Shown: one piece after another, positions 53,541 through 64,000 of the stretch
Layout of the letters: every line of letters begins with the position of its first letter
Numbering within the stretch: position 1 is the stretch's first letter
Assembly: GCF_018977255.1 (NCBI RefSeq)
Contig: NW_024704743.1
Span: 115,074,001 to 115,138,000, forward strand
DNA: 64,000 nt
Direction of reading: 5' to 3'
Origin: Callorhinchus milii
Lineage: Eukaryota
The notes under the pieces: generated by a model
What the model was told of the DNA's origin: nothing
The model's database searches: none
The model's input: only the letters and a program-made list of their open reading frames with translations
Position numbers and translations under genes: made by a program

Positions 53541-54194
53541 GTATTCTTAGCTTCTTTGAATGTCTGTGTGTTTGCCTGCGTGTGTGTCTGTTTTACTGAA
53601 AGTTATTTGAAAGCTGCCTTTTTCTTGCACTGAGACTTTCTCTTACTCTTACTCAACGCCACCACCCCCCCCACTCGCACACCCACACACACACACTCAG
53701 TAAGAAAAGCAGCTCTGAACGTGAATGCTTTCAGCTGCTGAGTGAATGCCCTGGGAATAGCCCTGACAGGGTTTATGTACTATAGCTATTGAACAAGAAG
53801 TAAATCCCCTGCACTCCACCCACCACCACCACCATGCTTTGCCACCCAGTGTGATAGCTTGCGTTCCTGGTTTAAAAAGGTTGGGCGTGTATGTAAGCGC
53901 GCCGAAACACCGTCCGGCGCTCTATAAATGCAAGTTATTGTTGTATAATGTGCTAATTAAATTTTCCAGTGGCGGGGTCGATGAAAAACACAAGGTACAG
54001 TGGTTGGAATGATAGTTCCAGGTTAATGCGTGCTGTGCTTTCGTGTTTTTTAACTGTTCAACTTTAAATGGGTCGAGACTTTAAAGGGTGATGATTGCGA
54101 GGGGGGAGAGGGTGGTGTGGTGCACAATCTACTGGTATCTCACCATTTCTTACTCCATCTGTCCATCTGTGTCTCGAAGTTATTATCTGCATAT

Positions 54195-54517
54195 TAATAA
54201 TAATAATAATCCTTGCATTTGATATAGTGTTTTTCACGTCGGGAGGACGTCCCAAAGCGCTTCACAGAATACACTGTAAAGTGAATTGACTGTATGTTTG
54301 TGGGCGAACGCGGCAGCCAATTGCGCACAGCAATGTCCCACAAACAGTCGTAGATTGAAAATGACCAATTTATTATTGTTTTGGTTTTGGAGGGATTATT
54401 ATTAGGCTCTGTGTGGAGTAAGGAAACTTGCCCAAGGTTTCGCCCTGTGCCTGGAATTGAACTCAGGTCTCTCGCTTGCAAAGCGAGTGCTCTAACCACT
54501 GAGCTACAGGACTCCAC
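54195..54517 (-). mobile_element. tRNA(Ala)-like SINE, young full-length short form
   Basis: About a dozen differences from the 34763-35089 copy by eye. Confidence 0.93.
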
Positions 54518-55304
54518 CACCTTGTCACCATATTGTCACCACCTTGTTAACGATTGGCAAAATGTTAAGGTTCTGGAAGTATTACAATGAATACATGTGT
54601 TCGTGTCGCTACTTGCTCTCGAGCAGAAGTACATAATGTTTCCACTATGGCTGCGGACTTAAAGTGGTGGGGGGTTTGGGTGGGGGAGAAGAAGTTGAAA
54701 TGTCTGAAAGTGCTACTCAAGTGTAGTGACTTTTGTATTCACTCATTTTGACCACAGCAAATCCCTGCGAATTCACCACAAGGTGAATTCTGGTAACTTT
54801 TAATCTGGAGGATTGTTGGCCAGGACACTGAGAGAAACTCCCTTCTCTCTTTCCCTGTGGATCTTTTAACGTACCACATGAAGAACAAGCAGGCGGGAGC
54901 TCGGTTTAACATCTCACTCAAAAGTCGGCACCTCTGACAATACAGCGATCGCCCCAACCTCACTGCATTGCATCTTAAATCCTGATGGGAGGTTGAACCC
55001 ACAACCCTCTGACCCACAGGCAGGAATGCTGCCAACTGAGCCAGTAGAAAGTAAATGTACCGAGAGTGCTTCTCTCCCCACACAGCACACCCCCCACCCC
55101 CCCCAATGGCAAGTACTTCTGCTGTCAAGTTTATTTTTGGTGCCGAATTTAGTTTGTTTGTTTTTTTGGTTCCGTCGACGCAGATCGTGGTCGTGGTCTT
55201 GATACCGTTCCGTTTCAAAGTATTTGTTGCTTGTGTGTTAACATCTCTAGGAGGAAGTATGTTAACACACTTTGCAAAACAATTTTATATATATATATCT
55301 GTGG

Positions 55305-55730
55305 TCAGCCTGGCTCAGTTGGTAGGCTGTGCGTGAAAAGGTTGTGTGTTCAAGCCTCAACATCGGAGATTTTGATCTCTAGTTCTCTAGTGCAGTGCTG
55401 GAGATGTGCTGTGTTGTTAGAGGTGCTGTCCTTCAAGATCAGATGTTAAACCAAGCCCTCTGCCTGTTCAGGCGGATGTTAAAGATCCCATGGCAGCAGT
55501 TGAAAAGAGACGAGAGTTTTCTCCCATTGTCCTGGCCAACAACTTGCCCCAGATAAGATCGTTTGTTCACTTCACAGCTATGTGTGGGACATTGCTGTGT
55601 GTGAATTGGCTGCCGTGTTTCACCTAGAAAATACAGTCATTACAATTACAGTATACCTGGCAAAGCTTTTTGAGATGTCCTCCAAACGTGAAATGCGCTG
55701 TATAAATGCAAACTGTTGTTGTTGTTGTTG
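55305..55730 (+). mobile_element. Deu-domain SINE with tRNA head
   Basis: ttaaagatcccatggca...tgtcctggccaac core; ends in (TTG)n. Confidence 0.78.
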
Positions 55731-58561
55731 AAGTGCCCATTAGAATGGGATGCTTGTCTGTCCCTACCTTTTCTTTCTTAGTGTGAAATGTTGTGCTTGT
55801 CAAGGTGGCTATTGACAAGTACAACCTTCTGACCCATGGACAAGAGCACTATCGCTTGAGTAAAATGTGCTCGTTGGGAGAAAATAGCAGCGTAAGTAAC
55901 ATGATGGGCTATTAAAAGAGATTTTTAGAGAGACCTTTTTATGCTTCGGTTTTCACAATGAGTGAAAACTCTCCCCCTCTGACTGTTCTGGTGGGCGTTA
56001 ACAATCCTAAGAGACCACTAGAAAAGAGAAGGGAGTTCCTCCCGGTGTCCTGGCCAATAATCTTCCAGATAATATTAGTCATTTCTGTTCGTGGGACATT
56101 GCTGTGCGCAGACATTGCTTGCGCATTTGCCTGCAAAATACACTTTACAGTAAACCCTGTGAGGCGCTTTGAGATGACCTCCCGACTGGAAGGCAGTATA
56201 ACAAATGCAAAGGTTATTAGTGTTATGAATTGAGCGTCTGCTGTGCGCAATTGGCTGCCATGTTTTGCACACAAAATATAATCAACTCACTTTACAGTAT
56301 ATTCCGTGCAGCTCTTTGAGATGTCTCAAAGAGGTGATAAAGCACTATATCAAATGTAAGGATTATTATTTATCCTTCTGCAGTCTACTAGGTTTCTGCA
56401 AAACATCCCACCTTAGTGGTGTTCTCCATATGCAAACTGTAATGAACTGGTCTCTTAACTGATGCCAAATTGGCAGCTCTTTTGCGAGGATAGAGACTTC
56501 AGAGAAAAGTGGCCTTCCAAAAGAAATAGCCGGATATTAAATTATCGCATACAAATGCTGAGGTGCCTCTGCCTTCAAGCACAGAATTGTCACTGGTTCA
56601 AATCTTATCACCATTTCAGTAAATAACAATAATAATCCTTGCATTTGATTTAGCCCCTTTCATGTCAGGATGGGTCTCAAAGCTACATTCAGTGTAAAGT
56701 GTACTGATTGTAATTTGCAGGCAAACACGTAAGCTAATTTGGGCACAGCAATGCCCCACAAACAGCTGTGAAGTGAAGGACCAATTTTATCTGGGGTTGG
56801 GGAGTGGGGTTGGACACATCGGGAGAAACTCAGTTCACTTTCTGTCTAGTGCCATAACCTCTTTAAAGTCCATTTGAACAGACATACAGGACTTTGATTT
56901 AACATCTCATCTGAAGGACGGGACCTCCATCAATGCAGCGTTGTATTGGCTCTCACCCACAGCCTTCCGAGCTAAGGTAACGCCCTCACTGGTGGTGGGA
57001 GTACTTGCTGCAAATAATTGTTGCCTAAGCAAGAACAAGAATACTTGTTGCTCGAGCAAGAGAACTCTGTGATGGAGAGATTCATATCAAAGAGTTGGAG
57101 TAAGGGAGAGAGAGAGAGAGATGTCAGGCCGAGTTCATAGTGGGATAGTTAGGAAAAGGACGGAAAGGTGGGATAATGAGGAAAAGAATGAAAAGTGAGC
57201 CTCAGATATAGAGATCTATTTTATATTGCAGGGTAAGTACTAGTGTTACTGAGAATACAAGGTACTGGACTAGACTTTCAGCCACTGCCATGCACCACAC
57301 CGATGCTGATGTTACTGCTGAGTTAAAAACAACTATATTTAGTTGTTGAGTACTTTCAGCAACTAAATAGTCAGTGGTTCATCATCGCTCATTATGAGGA
57401 ATCCTTATTCCAGAAACCCTCTGAGTCCAAAGGACGAGAATAAGTCTCCACAACAGTTTACTTCTGTTCCAGTCTTCGCTTTTCTGGCAAAAGGGAAGAG
57501 AGTGTTATCCTTCAATAAGAGACATCACATATGTGCAACTTATACAATTTACATTTCTATAAGCTCCTTTCATGTCAAGTGGACATCTGGAAGCACTTGA
57601 CACTGTTGGCTGGACATCCGAGCTGATAGGCTCACAGAGCCTGGTGCGTTTGAGGTCTTGGCTGCAGAGTTCTGGATAGTCTGGAGGGAAGAGTTGGGTA
57701 GACCAGAAAGTTGGGCGTTAGCACAGCCGAACCCGGATTTGATGAAGAGGATTGTGGATGAGGTCAAAGGAGCAGGTGGTAGGAGGTGAGAGAAAAGCGG
57801 ATGAGAGAGACAAGTTCAAAGGTGTGGATGCTGGAGAATTACTTATATAACCAGTGACCTTTATATCTAGAGCCCAGCTCCAATTTCATCTGGACGCAAA
57901 TAGCAATCACTTGAAAGAGGCGTTTCGTAACTCAGACTCCACTTGCTTGCAGGAGATTTACTGTCCAGGGCTCGAGTGCAGCAGGCTGGACTCAGCAGTG
58001 ATTCCGTTGCAATGTTAAGGCTGGTTGCAATGCATTTGGTTTTATTATGGTTGCTTTGTTTGTTGAGTTCTCTCGAACTTAACTAAATTGGCTGCTATTA
58101 TTTTTCCAATCTATAGCCTCCAAAACATCGACTCGAAGAGCGGTACAACATGATTTTCAGCTTGTCCTTGTTTAAATGGAAACTGACCAGAATCCTGGGT
58201 GCTTTTTTGGGGAGGGAGAAGCGTTGAAACTGCATCAACCCAGTGACGCACAAGAAAGAACTTGTGGCTTTGTAGCGCCTTGTCACGTCGCAACGAATGG
58301 GTTGCTTCAGCTTCAGCTAGTCCACAGGTCTCAATTGGAGTGCTCAACATGGCATTTGAGTACCGCCACCTAATGGCGCGTTTAACTCACAAGCGAGAGG
58401 ACCCGAGTTCAATCCCCTGGTGGGGCAAAACTTTAAACAAGTTTCCTTACTCTACACGCCGTTGTTTACCTAGCAGTAAGTAGGAACCCGGTCGTCTGCA
58501 AATATTTCTTGTGTCTCCTTAGGTGTTGAGGCAATATTCCTTCGTCTGGATGTTCCAGTTC

Positions 58562-58594
58562 ACCGCTGGCTGACGTATTACGTCAGCCAGCGGT
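58562..58594. repeat. Perfect 33-bp palindrome (16-bp arms, 1-nt spacer)
   Basis: accgctggctgacgta-t-tacgtcagccagcggt. Confidence 0.95.
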
Positions 58595-59199
58595 TGTCTC
58601 ATTCCAACAACAGTTGAAGAGGAGCACCTCTGGCTCCACAAAAGGGAAATAAGGAACAATGTTGTAATATATCTAGTGCGTCAGAAGTGACGTGCACCAG
58701 GAAGCATGAAATTTGATACTAATGTGTGTTAATGTGTGAAGTCATGCAGTACAGGTCCAATTCAACTCTACATACTGTAAGCAGCGCAGTGGTGGTTTTC
58801 ATGGGCAAGCATACTGGTTACATATGTGTAGGTATTGCCTACAAAACACCCAATCACTTCTGTTTACAGTAAATCCTGTGAAACACTTTGAAACATCCTC
58901 CTGACATGAAAGGCACGGTATCGAATGTAAGGATTACTATTATAGAGTACTCCATTGGCAGGGTATTTTCCTTCCTTATATCTCCTTCAGAATCGTGTTT
59001 CTTCCTGTCTGCTTCTTCCCTCCTTTAAACATAATAATTCTTGCCTTTTGTGTTCGTAGAACATCTCAAAGATAGAGTTTACATTCAGAGCTTCACAGGA
59101 AATTCTGTAAAGTATAGTGACTGTTTTTTGCAGGCGTAGGCGAAGCATATGCTACGTACGCTATGCCCTTCACTGCAACCTTCACATTTTTCCTTCCAT

Positions 59200-62100
59200 T
59201 CTTGTCATTTGATTCTCGAGGCCAGGACTCACTGGTAAGACATCACTGCCACCATCACTGCCCCCATCACTGCCCCCATCTCCTCACTGAGCCTCACCAG
59301 CCCAGTGGGCTAACCATGACTTGCTAAACACTCCTGTCCGCTCCGAGTCTCAGCGTGCGCACATTGGCTGCCGCAGTTGACCCGAGCTGTTTTCCGAAGA
59401 TGTTCCCGACCCCATCCCCTTCCCTCCACTACTCCCGCTCAACCCTCCTCTCCCTCCACCTAGAGGACTCCTATCCCTCCTCGACTCCCCCATGGCCTCC
59501 CTTTGCTCCTCCCTTCACATTCTTCGTCGTGCCCACCATGGTAGACGCTGTCAGCTGTCCTACAGCACCCATCCTGACTGCTCCTTCCCCCACTCTCACC
59601 GCAAGGGCCACTGGCCCTCACTCACGGGAGCCAACCTTTCCTCCCTCACTCACATCCCCATCCAACCTGCCTGCCCCCCCTCCCACCCCTCATCCCCCCC
59701 ACACTCCCACCACTAACTGTCCCCTCCGCATCGGTCTGCAGAACGTCCGTTCATTAACTAACAAGTTCCTCACAATTCATGACCTCACCGTCGAGGAAAA
59801 TATCGACATCCTCACCCCTCAACGAAACCTGGGTCACTCCAGGCGACACCTTCCCACTAGTTGAGGCTACACCTCCAGGTTACACCTTTCACCAAACCCC
59901 ACAGCCTAATCGCCGTGGCGGTGGTGTGGCTCTCATCTCTCGGTCCCCCCTCGGCCTTTCCCCTCCTCCTCCGGAACCTTCCCCTCCTTTGAACACCTTA
60001 CTTTCTACCTCCCCTCCAGGCTTTCCTTCAAAATCCTCCTTGTTTACCGTCCCCGCAAGCCTTCCCCCACCTTCCTCTCGGACATCTCCACCCTCCTATC
60101 TTCTCTCTCCCTCTGCTCTGAACACCTCCTTATCTTAGGCGACTTCAACCTCCACTTCACCCCCTCCTGCTCTACCTCTGCCGACTTCTCCTCCCTACTC
60201 TCTTCCCTCAACCTCTCGCTCCTCATCCACTCCCCCACCCACTACCGTGGCCACCCCCTTGACGTGGTGATCACCCGGGGCCTCACCGTCTCGGACATCA
60301 CCATCGTCGATAAAGCCATCTCGGACCACCACTTCATCTCCCTCAACACCTCTGTACCCCTTCCCCCTCCACCATTACATACCGTCTATGGAAACAAAAA
60401 TTTCCTCCCTTTCCACTGCCCTGGAGTCATCTGAACTCCTACAACTCTGGCCCTCGCTGACCGATCTCCCCTCCCCACTCTCCTTTCTCCACAACTCCCT
60501 CTCCTCCATTCTGGATTCCCTTGCCCCCCTCACATCCCGAACTGCCTCATACTCCTGTAAATCATGGAATCATAGAATGTTACGGCACAGAAGGAGGCCA
60601 TTCGGCCCATCGAATCTGTGCCGGCTCTTTGACAGAGCAACTGACTTTTATTAACCCCACTCACCAGCTTTCTCCCCATAACCCTGCAAAACTGTCTTCC
60701 CCAGATACCTATCCAGTTATCCCCCGGTACACCAGCCATCTCCGTTCCCTCAAGGCACAAGTGCGAGCTGCCGAATGCGCCTGGATCAAATCCAAACTAA
60801 CGGTCCATTGGCAAATTGGCTTCACCACACCAAGATCTACCGCTGAGCTCTTGCCTCCGCCAAATCCTCCTTCTACTCCAAGGTTATCTTGCAGGCAAAG
60901 GACAACCCCCGGCTTCTCTTTTCCACCACTAACTGTCTCCTCTGTCCACCTTCCCATACCTCGCCCATCCTCTCCTCAAACGCCAACTGTGAGGAGATGC
61001 TGGACTTCCTCAAATTTAAAATCGAGGGGAAACGTTCAGCCACCTCAGCCCCGTCCACAGCCACCCCACATCACCTCTCCCTCATAACCCATCCCCCACC
61101 CATCCTCCCCTATACTCCTTCGACCCTATCTCTTCCTCCTCCTCACCACGACTGTCTGCAACCTCAAACCCACCACCTGCTCCCTCGATCCCATCCCCAC
61201 CTCTCTCCTCATCTCCCAACTCCACCTTCTGGCCCCCCTCCTGTCCGATGTCATCAACCTCTCCCTGTCCACCAGATCAGTTCCCACTCCCCTAAAAACG
61301 GCCGTCATCACCCCCATCCTGAAAAAATCTTCCCTGGATCCATCTCTAACCTCCCATTCCTGTCCAAGGTCCTGGAATGAGTCGTCGCATCCCAGCTCCG
61401 CTCCTTCCTCTCTCGCCATTCCCTCTTTGAACCCCTCCAACCTGGTTTCCGCACTGCCCACAGCACGGAAACAGCCCTGGTCAAAGTCACTAATGACATT
61501 CTGAGCATCTGTGATCAGGGCTCCCTCTGCCTCCTTGTCCTCCTCGATCCCTCTGCCGCCTTCAACACTGTCGACCACTTCATCCTCATACCCCGCCTCT
61601 CCGCTTTACTCAATCTTCACGGATCTGCCCTTGCCTGGTTTGATTCCTATCTCTCTCACTGTCTCCACTTTGTTGCCTCTAACGGTTTCTCCTCCAGCCC
61701 CCGCACTGTCACACCTGGTGTCCCCCAGAGCTCTGTCCCTGGCCCTCTCCTCTTTAATATCTGCACGCTCCCCCTTGGTGACATCATTCGCAGACATGGG
61801 GTCAACTTCCACATATATGCGGATGACACCCAACTCTATCTTTCTGCCTCCACCCTCAACTCCAGGACCACTGCTGTCCTGACAGACTGCCTGTTGGACA
61901 TCAAGTCCTGGATGAGGGCAAATTTCCTACAGTTGAATGTGAACAAGACTGAGACCCTCCTGATTGGCTCACGCCATCGCCTCAGCACCTCAGGCTCTGG
62001 CAGCATCAACCTCCATGGTTGCACACTACAACTCACCAGCCAGTCAGGAACCCAGGTGTCTTGTTCGACCCTCAACTGTCTTTTCTCCCCCACATTCAAG

Positions 62101-62757
62101 CCATGACCTGCTCTGCCTTCCCTCACCTTCATAACATCGCCCGACTCCGCCACTACCGCACCCCTCAGGCCACTGAAACTCTTGTTCATGCCTTCATCAC
62201 CTCCAGGCTCAACTATGAAAACTATGCTTGTCGGCCTTCCCAACTCCTCCCTCCACAGGCTGCAGGTAATCCAGAACTCTGCAGCCCGTGTCCTCTCCCG
62301 CACCAAACTCCGTGACCCCATCTCCCCCACTCTCGCCCGACTCCACTGGCTCCCTATCCTTCAGAGGATCCAGTTCAAGATCCTGGTCCTCCCATACAAA
62401 GCCCTCCATGGCCTCGTCCCACCCTACCTCTGTGACCTCCTAACCCCCTACCAACCCGCCCATTCCCTCTGCTCAGCCGGCTCTGGCCTGCTTCACGTTC
62501 CCTGACCCACCTGCTCCACCCGCCTTCAACCTCTGGAATTCCATCCTCCAGTCACTCCGCCTCACCCGCTCCTTAGCCTCCTTCAAGTCCCGCCTCAAGA
62601 CCCTCCTCTTCGACTATGCCATTGGCCACTCCCCTTCCCCTCCCCTCCCTTACCCCCTCAACCCCAGCTCGGGTCTGAAATGCTGTATTCTGTCCAGCGC
62701 CTTGGGAGGTCCTCCCAATGTGAAAGGCACTATACAAATGTAATATTGTTGTTGTCT
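59200..62757 (+). mobile_element. Near-full-length L2-clade LINE (APE endonuclease plus RT), inactivated by frameshifts
   Basis: LQNVRSL, ETW, RRGGGVA, LILGDFN (EN); [22 protein letters not shown] (RT); LHWLP; stem-loop tail. Confidence 0.95.
60560..60719 (-). mobile_element. CR1 3'-tail fragment inserted antisense in the L2
   Basis: catagaat...acagaaggaggccattcggcccatc, also seen at ~330-440 and ~42860. Confidence 0.85.
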
Positions 62758-64000
62758 TAAAAAACGTAGTAACTGCACTTTACAGTATATCCTGTGAAGA
62801 GCTTTAGGACCTCCTCTCAGAGCAGTAAATGTAAATATTGTTGCAGTTCTGTATTGTCAGGGGTGTGTCCTTCAGGTGAGGCATTAAACTGAGGTCTGTC
62901 CTCTCCTCAGGTGGACATTAAAAGATCCCATGAAGCTATTCACAAAGGGAGTTTCTTTCACTGTCTTGGCCGTCATTCATGCCATGACTGTATGAATGAC
63001 ATAATAGGAGCAGTATGAAGCCATTCAGTCTGTCGAGCCTGTTCTACTAGTGTATTAGATCACGATCTTTTAATCCTCTTTCCTGGCTTTTTCTCTATAT
63101 CCCTTAATAACCTTACTTTCCATGTATTTATCTTTCCACTATAAACATCCCAATTGATTCTGCCTCTGTGGCCTTTTGAAGCAGCACATTGTACATTTTC
63201 ACAACCCTGGACCCAGTCAGTATTCCACCTTGTCTCTCCGTGTCCTGGCCAACAATCCCCCCCAGATAAAATTATCATTTGCTTCATGGTTCATTGCAGG
63301 AATTTGCCGTGTGCGAATTGGCTGCTGCGTTCACCCACAAATTAAAATCCTGTGACGTGCTTTGCCCGCCCGGACGACATAATAGGGCGTTATATCAAAC
63401 CAATGTTTATCATCATAATGTTTCTCAATAGTTGCAACTACATTTGCTCTAATTTAACGTGATGTCCCCCTTGTGGTGGATCCCTCTACCAGAGGGAAGA
63501 GAGGTCCACTAGCCAGCTCATCGTGGGGCTGTGATTGAGAAAATTATAAAGCGCATGAGGTAGCATGTGCGCAGTCTCTATTGCTGCTGGTGCTTTAGAT
63601 TCCGTTCAGAATGAACAGCGCTGGATTTCCTGCTTGTCTTGTGCTACGGGTTTTGTTCAAAGCCTCCAGCGGTTGGATAAACATGCCACCGACGAGCTGG
63701 GATGCAGAACTCCTAAATCTTTATTTTTTGTCGTTTGATTTCTCGTGGAGGAATAATGCTGGGTTTCCATGTTGCAAGGAGAGTGCTTTCAATGTGCATC
63801 AGCCTGGTTCAGCCACTCGCACACTCGTCCCTTAGGGCAGATTGTTTTGGCTTCAAACTCCATTTCAATTCTGAACCCTGACTGATACTCACAGTACAGT
63901 GAGAGGGGCAGTCACATCCTGCTTTGTGGGAGCTGCTGTCCTTTGGAGGGAACGTTCTTTTGTAAAACAATTCCTGGCAGTCCTGTCACCCTGATCAGGT

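Noticed and set aside
54440..54517. tRNA-Ala(TGC)-like sequence (also at 35089, 42135, 47473, 13486)
   Set aside because: No proper acceptor stem and always fused to a SINE body; these are SINE heads, not tRNA genes

Overview
Repeat-rich vertebrate genomic DNA. The SINE/LINE families suggest a cartilaginous fish, probably a chimaera (inference). The left quarter holds 11 coding exons of the meiotic MCM paralogue MCMDC2 on the minus strand (ATG at 15128; the gene continues off the left edge). All exons have GT-AG boundaries and consistent phases. The 5' end of the gene is packed with tandem repeats: (TATC)n, a 17x25-bp minisatellite, a G4-prone GGGGTY array abutting the start codon and a (CA)n/(CTGA)n compound. 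The remaining ~48 kb has no protein I can recognise, but several well-formed + strand exon candidates suggest the 5' part of a divergently transcribed gene. The rest is mostly mobile DNA: a near-full-length single-ORF L2 LINE, nested CR1 LINEs, a mosaic tRNA/CORE-like/Deu-like SINE that shares its 3' stem-loop with the L2, older Deu-domain SINEs, a Tigger/pogo deletion derivative and a MITE. No prokaryotic-type system is present, and almost all ORFs in the supplied track are spurious or repeat-derived.
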